From Eledone cirrhosa (taxonomy: Eukaryota): a stretch of 64,000 bases of DNA. The position numbers and the translations under genes are program-made. The stretch spans positions 6,696,001-6,760,000 of the forward strand of contig OZ024755.1 of assembly GCA_964016885.1 (NCBI GenBank). Reading direction: 5' to 3'. The notes under the pieces were generated by a model. It was not told the DNA's origin and made no database searches. It saw only the letters and a list, made by a program, of their open reading frames with translations. Positions 14,251-40,764 of the stretch are shown here, piece after piece (position 1 is the stretch's first letter; each line of letters starts with the position of its first letter).

Positions 14251-15775
14251 CAGACGTGGAAGATCGAGAATGAAAGATAATGATGGCAGAAAAACACATA
14301 TATATACATACATACATACATACATACATACATACATACATACATACATACATACATACGTCTTTATATGTATTATTTCTAATTTAACGTGCCTAACTTA
14401 TACTAGAGGGTAGATAAGATTTATTAAAACATTTATATATTCTATAATCATAATTCTGCTCTCAATATATGATTCAGTTAAAGATATCAGCTAATTCGAA
14501 GGTTTTCCAGTTCAATATCTATCTAATATTGCCCACTCCCATTATTTTACCTCCTGCTACTAGGTCATTGAGCCTGTTGTTTATCAGGAGACCCAAGGGT
14601 AGACACTGTGCAAGATGGTTGGATAACATCCATGATCTTCGCTTGTCTCGCTTGGGGATCCAGCCCGATCAATTGGAGATAGTTTCTTCCGACAGGTCCC
14701 ACAGGAAGGCGTGCTAGAGATCTCTGTCCCACCACCCACCCAGGAATAAGAAAGAAAAGAAGACAAAGAAGAATACCACTGTATTTTTTTCTAACTCTCT
14801 GCACTTTGAGTTCAAATCCCATCTGCTACTGGAACCAGCAGATAGTATCAGCGTTGGAAATACTAATGGGACCCTTAACACTCACACATACACGAGCAAA
14901 CAAGAAGCAATGTGGGAAACTTTACAACTCGGGACCGTTACCTACCAAACGCTTACCTTATATAATAATGATAATAATGATAATAACGAAATTATTGTGT
15001 ACAGTGCTCGGGTGCACTACAACTCATCAAAAGTGCATGTATAGTACATAGAATAATATATACAAATGTCAGGGAAGTGAATAGTGTATGAGTCATGATA
15101 TACATGTGTGCATGTGTATGGAGGGGGCATATTAGGTGTAGTGTTGGCAAATCTCAGGAAGCATGGAGGTTTTAAAGGATGATCACTTACTCTTGTAAAA
15201 CACCGTAACTTTTGTTGGTATACATATTTTGCCCAATGAAAAAGAAAATTGTGACGTAGTATAGAACCATGACCTCCCACCCTCTGGTCTTGGCTTGCCA
15301 ATGTATTTGTTTCCTTGACGAAAATGTTTTGTGAGAGACTAATAGCCCCCTATGCTTGCAATTATCTTCTCACAATGTCACGATGTTGCCCAAGAGAAAG
15401 TCAGATCAACTTGTTACCCAGTGCCGTCGCAAGATGGGTTGTTTTTTTTTCATCTGAATGAATTGGATCAACGAGAGTTATAGTATCTCGTTCGTGGATC
15501 CAGCGTTCCACCCGTTTCAGTAATTGAACTCTGAAACTTACGTTTGTGCGACCAACAACTTAACTATTAAACCGTGTCTTCATTATCCAGTCTGGAGTAT
15601 TCACTAAAACTTAAAGAAATAATTTATTTTCCATAAAAATTCAAACAAAAATATATAAAGAGGGTTTGGGGAGTAAAAAGACTAAACTAATGCATTATTC
15701 AAGAAAATTAATATAAATTTAATTAATTTTTTTAATTATTTACGCTTTTTACTATGTTGAATTTTGTTGTTTATT

Positions 15776-15806
<31 letters not shown>

Positions 15807-16312
15807 ATATATATATACATATATATATTTTTTTTTTTTTTTTGTTCGCTGAACAATATTTATTGGCAAAAAAAATATATAGCAAAGATCATTACTAGCT
15901 TCTTTATAACATAGATCGAATGTGTTTGAATTTTACAGATATGCATTTATTTATTTATTTATTCATTCATTTATTTATCTATTTACATATTTATTTGTTC
16001 ATTTATATATTTATTTATTTATCTATTTATCTATTTATTTATTTATTTATTTATTTATGTGTCTATTTCTATATTTATTTGTGTTTTCATTTATTTATGT
16101 GTATCAGATTTGACTCTGCACTGCTCTGTGTGTAGCAAGACAAACGAATTTGAGAAATGCTTCCTTGACTTTCTTAGTATATTATCCCATCAGCAAAGAA
16201 CGTCTCAAGTCGCTAGAGGAAGTAACTGGAATTTATTTGGTTCGTTGGTAAAGAGAGTCAGGATAAAAATAAACAATCACTTACACACAGAGACACACAC
16301 AGACACACACAC

Positions 16313-16350
<38 letters not shown>

Positions 16351-16352
<2 letters not shown>

Positions 16353-16514
16353 CGAAGGAGTTGTGGTAAGGAACCAGATAGACCATAACGCACCAGAGTA
16401 CTCAATACTTAGGGTAGTAGAGTGGGTAATAGGAGAAAGTATGACCTCGACGGCAGAGCTCAAGCCGTTTTGAAACGGCTTGAGCTCTGCCGTCGGGATC
16501 ATACTTTCTCCTAT
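16351..16514. mobile_element. (TA)n-flanked fold-back element (family D)
   Basis: AACGAAGGAG...GTACTCAATACTTAGGGTAGTAGAGTGGGTAATAGG followed by hairpin 16429-16514. Confidence 0.8.
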
Positions 16515-16547
16515 ATATATATATACTGTATATATTATATATGTGTG

Positions 16548-16634
<87 letters not shown>

Positions 16635-17078
16635 TATATACATACATATATATATATGTTTATATATATATAACATTATTTTTTCTTTCACATTGACTTA
16701 TTATGCTCCACATTACGCCCCTTTTTTTCTTTTTTTCTTTTTTCTTTTCACTTCATAAACCTTGTTTGTAAATATCATTATTCTTTCTGCGCCATTTCTT
16801 TAACATGTCCAACACCACCATTCTACACCAATACATATTATTATCATTTGATAATGCATAAAAATGCTGAAACCGGTAATAGACAATTATTAAATATATA
16901 AAGAAATAAAGAAATAAATGCCATTGTTAATTAATAAATAAATCAACTAATACCTTAACACTTCACACAAAGTAAAATATTTCGTTTTAATCATTTTCTA
17001 ACCCAGAAAAAAGAGAGAAAGAAATAAAAAGGGAAACAAATATATTTTTCTTCATAATAATCGTCTTTTTCTCCCTGT

Positions 17079-17137
<59 letters not shown>

Positions 17138-17297
17138 GTGCATGGAATATCGGCTCCCGTTTTGAAGGGTTAGGATATAATTGCTATAGAGTTATATAAC
17201 ACAAAGCATCAACGTGAAAATGTAGAATTTTGTTCAAGATCGTAACACACCGCCCAGCCAGAAATCGATCCTACATTATTTTCGTGTATACAATACA

Positions 17298-17470
17298 ATA
17301 TTGTTTCTCCTTTTGGCACAACGCTAGCAATTATCCCAGTGTATTATTGGTACTTTATTTTATCGATCGCGTAAGGATGAAAGGCAAAGTTAACCTCGGC
17401 GGGATTTCAACTCAGGTATTAAAGAGACGTAACTCTATGTTGTAAAACATGGCGTCCGATCCTCTACGTA
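17298..17470 (-). mobile_element. Dominant-family SINE
   Basis: Matches the consensus. Confidence 0.8.
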
Positions 17471-18326
17471 TACAATACAATACGTTAACCAGTACACCAT
17501 ACGTATTCTATAAGACTGATATGAAAAGTGTATATTTGTGTTATTTTTTTTAAATATTGTCTCTGCTTCTTGTCGGATTTCTGCTTGCTATGGCGTTTTT
17601 GTTAGTATGCCATCATTACTTCGTTTTGATTTACTCATTCTGTCTTTGTTTCTTTTATATTCTTGTGTTTATTTTATATCAATTGATTTGATTTTATTTG
17701 TTATTCCTTCTCGTCTACACAAATCTCATTCTGCTTGATGTGTTACAAATCTTTTTACCTCCATTTCTACTTTTTCGTTGTCTAACGCCAGTAAATATGG
17801 CAAAATTGCCAATTTTTTTTTTTTTTTCTCATTATCTTAATTTCTATTGATTTTTAAAAATTTTAGTGAAAAAGTTTTCGAGTTTTGCAAATATTTTTAC
17901 TATGTTTTTAATATTTCTAATATTTATCTATTTTGATAATTATTTTAATTATTATAGTTTATTTTTGTAGTAAAAATTTCAGTTGTTGTCATTTCAAGAT
18001 TTTTCCGCATGTTCCTATCAGACTTATAATTCTCTATCATTCGTGCATCACGCCATTTCGCTTTTCTTTCTTGTTCATTCCATCTTCTTAATTTTAATAT
18101 TAGTGTAAATAGGTTTGACCCCATAGTAAGTGAAAAGTGAGGTGGTATATATATATGTGTATGTGAGTATATATGTATGTGTGTCAGTATATGTGCAAGT
18201 TTGTATGTGTGTGTGTTTGTGAAACATATCAGTTGAATTTATACTAGAAAAATAAGGTAACGTGCTGAAATTCCAAGACTAAGACAATGACATACTCATA
18301 TTCTTATACATATATTCATATACGCG

Positions 18327-18399
<73 letters not shown>

Positions 18400-18402
<3 letters not shown>

Positions 18403-18680
18403 TGTATCCCGGGTTCAATCGGGGGTAACCACAGTAAGTAAGGTACTCAATACATAGCAGAGTATAAATATTTAATATAGAAAGGCTTATGAACAAAGAA
18501 AGTGTGGTACGGAATCTGGTGGACCATAACTCACCAGAGTACTCGATACTTAGGGTAGTAGAGTGGGAAATAGGAAAAGATTCAGGACCCCGACGATTGA
18601 GATCCGGCAGTTTCGACAGCTAGATCCGAAATGTCGAAACGGCCGGAGCTCAGCCGTCGGGGTCCTGACTCTTTTCCTAT
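18400..18680. mobile_element. Family D fold-back element joined to a related segment (inverted copy at 12062-12150)
   Basis: Hairpin 18570-18680; (TA)n on both sides. Confidence 0.75.
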
Positions 18681-18913
18681 ATATATGTGTGTGTGTGTGT
18701 GTATGTAAAAGGTAAATAGAAATAAGAACACAATCGGTACAGTATATGGAAGGAATATATTAGTTTAACGCTTGATATAGCAGAGAAAGAGGGTCTTAAC
18801 GTTATCGAATGGCGTGTTTTATGTACTGATGTACATAAATCAGTCTAACATTAACTGAATGAGCACTCAATACACGTTTTGATGTTTATCTCTGTGTGTA
18901 TGTGTAACTGTAA

Positions 18914-19005
<92 letters not shown>

Positions 19006-19015
19006 GCACACACAA

Positions 19016-19046
<31 letters not shown>

Positions 19047-19667
19047 CGATGAGCCGGTACAACACAGAGTTAATGGTTTGGGTTTTAGGCTGCTGGTTGC
19101 AGTTAGTGTTTAGAATTAGGTGAAAACAGTGGTTGGAATTGTATTTATTGGATATGATTTATATATTATTGATTAGGGTTAGAAATACTATGTTTCAATA
19201 ATTAGGTTTTCTTCTGATTTTGTTTGGGTGTGATCAGTCCCGTTGCTGACCAGGGGCCAAACAACATAAACTGCCAATTGACAACTAATTTGTATATAAA
19301 GTCAGGTTTAGGGTAATATTTTTTTAATCAGTAGGATTTCAGGATTTGGGCTTAGCGAGTTTAGGGTTTTAGGGGTCATTGCTTGAACTTATTTTGGTTG
19401 TCCACACAGGTTTGGTTTTTGTCTCTATAATTACCCTCACAAAGGTTTGATCAAACTTGACTTTGAGTCTATGGTATAGACATTTAAATATAAGTTTGAA
19501 GGTAAAGGCAGCAGAGAGGAATTCCAGCTATATTTTGTCAACAAAATCTTCATACGGTTTAAATATACAAGTCTCTGATATCTAAATGACTAAATGTCAG
19601 CAGAAGGGCACCCAGGAATCATGATCTGGATATTACCCTGCAATTTAGAATGCAAGAAATACTTGTT

Positions 19668-19895
19668 TGAGAGCGGTTTCTTCTCTGAAGACCTTCTGCT
19701 GTCCAGCTCTCATGAGAGTTTCTTATCTGAAGACCTTCTACTGTCCAGCTCTCATGAGAGTTTCTTCTCTGAAGACCTTCTACTGTCCAGCTCTCATGAG
19801 AGTTTCTTCTCTGAAGACCTTCTGCTGTCCAGCTCTCATGAGAGTTTCTTATCTGAAGATCTTCTGATGTCCAACTCTCATGAGAGTTTCTTACC
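19668..19895. repeat. 42-bp minisatellite, about 5 copies (outlier copy 20020-20068)
   Basis: GAGAGTTTCTTCTCTGAAGACCTTCTGCTGTCCAGCTCTCAT. Confidence 0.95.
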
Positions 19896-21869
19896 ATTGT
19901 TTTATTGTGTCTGTTTTTGTTTCCAAATATATAATTCATTTGCGTTTTTACTATTTCCTTCCTTAAGTTATACTGGTTTAAGTTAAGGGGCAAAGCACTT
20001 GCGTCAGTCTGAAGAAGAGTCTTCTTTGAAGACCTGCTGCTGTCCAGCTCTCCTGTGAGTTTCTTACCACATATATTCACGGTAAGAGTGAATCCCAAAT
20101 CACATAAATGTGAAGAAAACTTCTAAACTGCACAGCAATATCTGAACCCATTTTTATACAGTAAGGTGTAAATTGATAGAGATTTGGCTGTTTTTTCTAG
20201 CATATCAAACTATCAAGTAGAAGTTCTTTTGTTGGTTAGAATGATAGACAATATTTCCAGAAATTTAAAACCTCGATGGGGACAACTTTATTTTATTTTC
20301 TCCATAAAGCAAGTACCAATAAAAACAAACACTTCTTTAACGATTTTTACATTGTGATTATTCAAAGAATATTATTATTACTTATTAAAGAATTCCCCTA
20401 AGGTTAGCTTTGCCTTTCATATTTATTAGGTTGAGAAAATAAATTACCAGTAAAGCACTGGGATCGATTTAATCATATCACCCCACTCAAATGATAGGGT
20501 GAAGACCCTTACAGATGTAAAACTAACTTGCTATCAGATGCTACGAGGAACCCTGTATCTCTCCTATACGATAGCGTCTTCTTTTTCGTCTTGAAGGGTC
20601 TTCACCCTATTTTATAAACTAGTTTATAACATCTCTTTGTATGAACACACCACTCTTTACACTAACTTTATCCCTTCAGCACTTCGTAAAAGTCCAAGAG
20701 ATCGACTAAGTATACATTATATAATATAATTGAAATTTGTCGAATAAAGAGTTTTCATTCCAGTTAAATAATAGCTATTATTGGTCAAAGGAAAGTAACT
20801 GAAACTCTACTGTTTAAAATAGTTATGTTGCATGAATTATTTCCCTTGCTAAAAGTCTGTAATTAAAATTTCATCGATTCCTTCATGGAATCCTCAACAA
20901 ACGCCTGTACAATAATATATTTATACACACACACATACAACTCTACGAGTATGAAGTCTCCCATTAGTAAATGTGTTCTAATTTTAAGGGAAAACTATAT
21001 GATTTCCTGCTGTAGTATGTAATTGTGAAAGTGTGTGTGTGTCTTTATTCTTATATTTGACTAATTTTTATTTTCTAATTTGTTCTTATCTATTCTTTTT
21101 CTTTATAACACTTGCTGAACAGAAATAGTTTGTTGCAAAAACATTTAAATTCTGTATTGTAAGAGTGAGCCCCCTTTAACTAGATGTAACATGTAACATA
21201 AATATCCGAATTTTATCTTTCTATATGTGACACATATAGACACAGCAGAGGTTCTCTCTCCGTATGAGTTGGATTAGCTAGTAATAGCATATAAATTGTT
21301 TCTAGGTACAAGGCCCGAAATTTTAGGTAAATGCTTAGTTGATTAAACTTAGATATTTCAAAACCTAAATATAGAGATATTCTACAATGTAGTTAGGTAG
21401 CGAATTAACTGAGTCGTTAGAACGTCAGATAGAATACTTTATGTCGTACGTTCCGACTCTCTGCTCAATGAGTTCAAATCCCGTCGAAGTCAACTTTCCC
21501 TTTCATCCTTTAGAGGTCGATAAAAAGAAGTACCAGTCTAGTACTGGGGTCGATTCTTCCTCTATATCTCTTTCTCATTTCTTCTCTCTCTCACTTTCTA
21601 TCTTTCTCTGGAAGAAATCTACTGTACTCAGGCCTGGAGAGGGGAAGGGCTCGTCTAGGCTTTAAAATGTTCAAGAAACGTTGAATATCAATACGGCACC
21701 CCTACGACTCAGGAGTTATGGGGCCATACCATACCATACCATACTACCAGAGACTGGATTAGATTCCAGCATTCTTGATAAGATCTAATGTATCGCTTAG
21801 TCTTCATGTCTCGGTTCTTTTTAAATCTGTGAATCAGGAGTAACTAAATATTATGTCCACAACTAACAT

Positions 21870-22941
21870 ATTTAGTCTACTTTAAACTTTAGTCTACTTC
21901 AAACATTAGTCTACTTCAAACTTTAGTCTACTTTAAACTTTAGTCTACTTCAAACTTTAGTCTACTTCAAACTTTAGTCTACTTCAAACTTTAGTCTACT
22001 TTAAACTTTAGTCTACTTCAAACTTTAGTCTACTTCAAACTTTAGTTTACTTCAAACTTTAGTCTACTTCAAACTTTAGTTTACTTCAAACTTTAGTCTA
22101 CTTCAAACTTTAGTCTACTTCAAACTTTAGTCTACTTCAAACTTTAGTCTACTTTAAACTTTAGTCTACTTCAAACTTTAGTCTACTTCAAACTTTAGTT
22201 TACTTCAAACTTTAGTCTACTTCAAACTTTAGTCTACTTCAAACTTTAGTTTACTTCAAACTTTAGTCTACTTCAAACTTTAGTCTACTTCAAACTTTAG
22301 TCTACTTCAAACTTTAGTCTACTTCAAACTTTAGTCTACTTTAAACTTTAGTCTACCTCAAACTTTAGTTTACTTTGAACTTTAGTCTACTTCAAACTTT
22401 AGTCTACTTCAAACTTTAGTCTACTTCAAACTTTAGTCTACTTTAAACTTTAGTCTACTTCAAACTTTAGTCTACTTCAAACTTTAGTTTACTTCAAACT
22501 TTAGTCTACTTCAAACTTTAGTCTACTTCAAACTTTAGTCTACTTCAAACTTTAGTCTACTTTAAACTTTAGTCTACTTCAAACTTTAGTCTACTTCAAA
22601 CTTTAGTTTACTTCAAACTTTAGTCTACTTCAAACTTTAGTCTACTTCAAACTTTAGTCTACTTTAAACTTTAGTCTACTTCAAACTTTAGTTTACTTCA
22701 AACTTTAGTCTACTTCAAACTTTAGTCTACTTCAAACTTTGGTCTACTTCAAACTTTAGTCTACTTCAAACTTTAGTCTACTTCAAACTTTAGTCTACTT
22801 CAAACTTTAGTCTACTTCAAACTTTGGTCTACTTCAAACTTTAGTCTACTTCAAACTTTAGTTTACTTCAAACTTTAGTCTACTTCAAAGTTTAGTCTAC
22901 TTCAAAGTTTAGTCTACTTTAAACTTTAGTCTACTTCAAAC
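21870..22941. repeat. 17-bp minisatellite, about 63 copies
   Basis: AAACTTTAGTCTACTTC. Confidence 0.97.
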
Positions 22942-23004
22942 ATACATTCTACAATGTAGTTAAATAAAGACAACAATGTAGTTAAGAAAACTGATATTAA
23001 TTTT

Positions 23005-23010
23005 TTTATT
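23005..23010 (-). terminator. Candidate poly(A) signal AATAAA of the protease gene
   Basis: tttatt on + strand, 24 nt past the stop codon. Confidence 0.55.
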
Positions 23011-23034
23011 TCATACAAAAAAACAATGTTAGGT

Positions 23035-34809
<11,775 letters not shown>

Positions 34810-34883
34810 CTTAAAGATAAAGAAATTAACTAAAAACAGACGGCAAGCAGACGGCAAACAGACGGCAAACAGACAGGGCCTTA

Positions 34884-34890
34884 CTTATAA
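34884..34890 (-). promoter_or_regulatory. Candidate TATA-like box (TTATAAG) of the protease gene
   Basis: About 75 nt upstream of the ATG, between (GA)n tracts and a GTTTGCCGTCT-repeat 5'UTR; positional evidence only. Confidence 0.3.
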
Positions 34891-34995
34891 ACATATATTG
34901 TTGCTTCTTTCACTCTCTCTCTCACTCACTCACACACATGCTCTCTCTTCTCTCTTTCTCTCTCTCTCTCACTCTCTCTGTCACTCTCTGTCTCT

Positions 34996-35055
<60 letters not shown>

Positions 35056-35186
35056 TACACCCTTTCTTACAAACACACTTATATTTCCTACATTTTCATC
35101 TAAACTTTAGTTGCCCTCCCTTTCCACCTCTAAACTTTAGCTGCCCTCTCTCTCTCACTCTCTCTCTCTCTCTCTCTCTCTCTCAT

Positions 35187-35497
<311 letters not shown>

Positions 35498-36216
35498 ATA
35501 TATATATATATATATATGGATATATATATATACATGCATCTATCTACCTACCGACCTACTTACCTACCTGCACGCCTGCCTGTATGTACGCTTATTTGTA
35601 TATATATATATGTGCGTGTGTACGTGTGAGTGTGTATGTGTGTGTGTGTCTCCATGTGTCTATGTATGTCTGTATGTCTGTATGTATGTATGTATGTATG
35701 TAGTATGTATGTATGTATTATGTATGTATATATGTATGTATGTGTGTATGTATGTATGTATGTATGTATGTATTATGTATGTATGTATGTATGTATTATG
35801 TATGTATGTGTATATGTATGTATGTATTATGTATGTATGTATGTATGTAATATGTATGTATGTATGTATTATATATGTATGTATATATGTATGTATGTAT
35901 GTATGTATTATGTATGTATGTGTGTATGTATGTATTATGTATGTATGTATGTATGTAATGTGTATGTATGTATTATGTATGTATGTAATATGTATGTATG
36001 TATGTAAAAGGTAAACAAATAATAAAAATAACAAAACAAACAACACAGTACATGGAAGAAATATATTAGTTTAACGCTTGAAATAGCAGGAAGAGAGTCT
36101 TAACGTTTCGGACACACATGATGGACCGTCCCATTGAGACAGACTTATGGATGTCCAGTGATTCATCCAACTCTCCAACTGGACAGCCATAAGTGTTTAT
36201 TGTATATTATTATTGT

Positions 36217-36413
36217 GAGAGGCGGTGGATTGGCAGTATCGGTAGAGAGTCAAACACCATGCTTTGCAGCACAGAGTTGTGTCCCTTTACCTTCTGAGTT
36301 CAAATCCCACGGAGGTTAACTTTGCCTTTCATCCTTACAAGCTCGATAAAATAAAGTACCAGTAATACACTTGGGTAACTGCTGCCCTTGTGCCAAAAGT
36401 AGAAACAATTATT
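36217..36413 (+). mobile_element. Dominant tRNA-derived SINE, near full-length copy
   Basis: GGCGGTGGATTGGCAGTATCGG (A-box-like), GAGTTCAAATCC (B box), CTTTCATCCTT..TCGATAAAATAAAGTACC core, AGAAACAATTATT tail; more than 20 copies in the window. Confidence 0.85.
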
Positions 36414-36755
36414 AAGTTGATGTTCAACATCTTTGGCAGTATCGGTAGAGGGTGGGACGCGATGCTTTGCAGCATAGAGTTACGGTCCTTTACAGTCTGA
36501 ATTCAAATATATATATATATATATATAATATTATTTTTTCTCTTTCCTGTTTTCCTTCCTCAATAACTTACAAAAGTTATTGACGCACTGGAGAGGGACA
36601 TATTGTCTTTAATGCTTTGAAACGTCCGAGACCTCCAGCAGACAACTGAAGAGGGGACCAGTCCCTTGTTTGTGCTCTCCTTTTATTTCTAAATACACTT
36701 TATCAAGTAACACACAGCCCCTTGTTCCTTCTATATATATATAATATAATATATA

Positions 36756-36802
<47 letters not shown>

Positions 36803-36819
36803 CGTTATATTAGACAAAC

Positions 36820-36872
<53 letters not shown>

Positions 36873-37084
36873 TTGCTTTTATCCTTCTATGTTGTTCACT
36901 TGTCCCCCTCGCTTTACGCGATTTACTGGTCCCAATAACTTTTTTTAGTTATTGCTCGCACCAACCTGAGGTATATGATTTTTAATGCGATGAAATACCA
37001 ATGATGGTTGGAAAATCACTGACGAAGGACTATTTTTATCATATGTAACCTATGTGCAACCACGCAGTATCCTTCTTTCTTCTC

Positions 37085-37154
<70 letters not shown>

Positions 37155-37968
37155 CCCTAATTCAGAGATTTGATTCTGACTTAGTTTTTTTCTATTTAAT
37201 TGCTAAACCTGTAGATATTGTTTTCTATACAGTAACGGTAAAACTCACTTGTAATAATTCTTTACACACATCTCACTGTGTAACACACTTCTCTTTGTGT
37301 AATATTTTTGTATATATATATATCAGGATGTAGGCGGTAAAACCAGTTAGACCATTACTTACCCGAGTACTCGAAACTTGGGGTCGTAGAATGGGTGATA
37401 TTAAAATTTCGGGAGTCCGACGGCTGAGCTCCGTCAGTTTCAACAGCTAGAATAAAGAATGCAAATGCAAAAGATATTGCTAGCATAGGTATGCATCTGT
37501 ATATATATGTTGGTAGATATACTAATTCTTTATAATTAACTCCAAATTATTTTGTTGAGCAAAAATTTGCCAAAACTGCTACGATAGTTCATAGTAATAG
37601 TTCGGCTACTGTCTTCTTAACACCCCACTCCTCACTGATTAACCTCGATGTCACGTGATTGATTCTTTTGAATTTGCCACCGACCAAGTAGGCAGTGATT
37701 TTTTCAATGTCTTGGAATTTAGTCCACGCTTGCTTTTTTCCATCCACTGAATTATTTTTGTATAAGTTCCCTGTGTCCACGCATCGCCTGGGAACTTAGC
37801 TGAGAATAGACTTCCTGATGACGAAAGGCCTTCTCCATGCGTTCCATTCGGAAACCATGTTTATTCCCTTTCAGAAACTAATTAGTTGGAGTGAAATTTT
37901 AGTAAGTAAGTTAATTTTTAAAATTTTCTTATTTTACGTCTTTCATATATATATATATATATATATAT

Positions 37969-38167
37969 AACGAAGGAAATGCGGTAAGGAACCGGGTGGA
38001 CCATAACGCACCAAAGTACTCAATACTTAGGGTAGTAGAGTGGGTAATAGGAACGAGTAGGACCCCGACGGCTGAGCTCAAGCCGTTTCGACGACTAATT
38101 CTGGACTAAAATGTCCAGAATTAGCCGTAGAAACGGCTTGAGCTCAGCCGTCGGGGTCCTACTCGTT

Positions 38168-38172
<5 letters not shown>
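37969..38172. mobile_element. Family D fold-back element, longest hairpin
   Basis: Hairpin 38047-38172 with about 60-bp arms; (TA)n on both sides. Confidence 0.8.
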
Positions 38173-38228
<56 letters not shown>

Positions 38229-38444
38229 ATTGGTTGAGATGTCTGATGAGTCACTTGAAATGACTTTTTCATATATCGGCAGGATATGAAAGATAGAAAT
38301 TGCAACGATATATTTTGACTGTTTGAGGCTTAATTAGGGCCAAGGAAATGTATGGAGGGAATTAACAGACTTCATATCCAGACTATCGAAGAAAAGGTTA
38401 CAAATATTAAAACGTTGGTCACCAGACAGTGCTAATAATGTGTT

Positions 38445-38484
<40 letters not shown>

Positions 38485-38485
38485 A

Positions 38486-38524
<39 letters not shown>

Positions 38525-38724
38525 TGTATGTGTGTGTATGTATACATATGTGTATGTCTGTGTATGTGTGTGTATATATATATATGTTTGTGAGTTTTTG
38601 TATATATATATATATATATATGCATATTCATGTGTGTCTGTGTATGTGTGTGTATGTGTGTGTATGTGTATCTATATATATATGTGTGTGTGTATGTATG
38701 TGTTTGAATCTGTGTGTGTATGCG

Positions 38725-38757
<33 letters not shown>

Positions 38758-39300
38758 GCGTGTGTGTTTGTGTGTGTGTGTGCAAAAAAATGTGAATATA
38801 GGTATGTATAGAATTACTCGTGTACACACGTGTTATACACTTACACACACATCTTGTTATGTTTACACAGTTAGGGAAAGGTCTAAATGAAAGGTGTAAA
38901 TGAAAGACATTGAAAACAATAAAGAGAGAGAGATGGGGAGAAAGAGAGAGAGGTAGGGGAGAGAGAGATGGGGAGAGTAGAGAAAGGAGTGGGGAGATGG
39001 GGAGGGAGAGATCTAGATGGGGAGCGGGAGCGAAAGAGAGAGAGACACAGAGAGAGGAGAGAGAGAGACAGAAAGAGTGAGAGAGTGATATATATATAGA
39101 GAGAGAGAAAGTGATGCATTTATATATATATAGAGAGAGAGAGTGATATATTTATATATATATATATATAGAGAGAGAGAGAAAGTGATGCATTTATATA
39201 TATATATAGAGAGAGAGTGATATATTTATATATATATATAGAGAGAGAGAGAGAGAAAGTGATGCATTTATATATATAGAGAGAGAGAGAGTGATATATT

Positions 39301-39332
<32 letters not shown>

Positions 39333-39434
39333 AAGTGATGCATTTATATATATATAGAGAGAGAGAGTGATATATTTATATATATATATAGAGAGAGAGA
39401 GTGATATATTTATATATATATATATTTATATATA

Positions 39435-39545
<111 letters not shown>

Positions 39546-39873
39546 TAAACAGTGGAATGAGAATAAGATATTTATTTAAATATATAATTCTTTGTACGTG
39601 TCTGCAGTGGTATGTTTAAACTACATCGATGATACATTAAAAACCTTGACAATACCTATATCTAAGCATTCTCTGCCATATATGTGTGTATATATATGTG
39701 CATGTTTGAGAGTGTATGTGTATGCGTATATGTGCATGTTTCAGAGAGTGTGTGTGTGTGTGTGTACTGTTTCATTCAAAAGAAATCGTCAGGAAAGCTT
39801 TCTTGGTGATTTGTGTACATACACAGTCAAACATGCGCATATATATATATATATAGATACACATATATATATA

Positions 39874-39989
<116 letters not shown>

Positions 39990-40031
39990 AACATACATAT
40001 ATATATATATATATATATGTATATGTATGTA

Positions 40032-40143
40032 TGTAAAAGGTAAACAGAAATAACAACACAATCGGTACAGTATATGGAAGGCATATATTAGCTTAACGCT
40101 TGATATAGCAGGAAGAGGGTCTTAACGTTTCGGACGCTAGTCC

Positions 40144-40148
<5 letters not shown>
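40032..40148 (-). mobile_element. Family A element with 5'-truncated hammerhead (related pieces at 7254-7280, 18705-18810, 36004-36113, 11690-11852, 45680-45800)
   Basis: Shared tail ...GCTATATCAAGCGTTAA.CTAATATAT..CTTCCATATACTGTACCGATTGTGTTGTTATTTCTGTTTACCTTTTAC ending in (CATA)n. Confidence 0.65.
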
Positions 40149-40198
<50 letters not shown>

Positions 40199-40249
40199 AT
40201 TTTTGAGTATTTATATATATATAATGGAACAGTTTAATAAAGGTATTTC

Positions 40250-40750
40250 ATCATCAAACTAGATGCTTCCATGGTTCATGGCACGGTCTTTTTCTTAGCT
40301 TTAGTTCCCTGTAGAAAAGTTGTTTATGAGTGGAGCTATCAGAAAGACGAACAACGTGTCCTGACCATCTTGGGCAACTAAGCATAATCATTGCTTCTCT
40401 CGAAGTTATGTTTGCTTTCTTGAAATCATCTGCATCTGTAATGAAAGATTCCCAGGATATGTTAAGGATGTTTATGAAGCACTTCTGATGGAAACTTTCC
40501 AATGAATTTATATGTCGTACATGTGTAGTCCAGGTTTCTGAGCAGTAGACAAATGAGGTCAAGACTAAAGCATGGTTTACTTAGTCTTTGTGCTCAGTTT
40601 AATTCCATGCTAATCCCAGATACACTGTGTTAGTTTCCCAAATGCATCAGATGCCTTTTGAATCCTCAAGGAAATCTCATCATCTAGTGAGCCAGTTTGA
40701 GGGAGGGTACTACTAAGCTCTATAAATTTGTTAACCACATTTAGTGTTTT
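40250..40750 (-). mobile_element. Degenerate RTE-clade LINE reverse transcriptase fragment
   Basis: YCSETWT...LESFHQKC...RWSGHVVRLSDS..KQLFYREL. Confidence 0.8.
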
Positions 40751-40764
40751 GTCCTTTATAATAA

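Noticed and set aside
19070-19400. Interstitial telomere (scattered TTAGGG)
   Set aside because: Only isolated degenerate hexamers, no tandem array.
19594-20098. Repetitive ORFs on both strands
   Set aside because: A 42-bp unit is a multiple of 3 and stays open by chance; no splice or homology support.
36217-36310. tRNA gene
   Set aside because: A/B boxes belong to a multi-copy SINE with core and tail; no cloverleaf.
37815-38270. Further hammerheads at CTGATGACGAAA (37815) and CTGATGAGTCA (38243)
   Set aside because: The first has no stem II; the second lacks GAAA after stem II.
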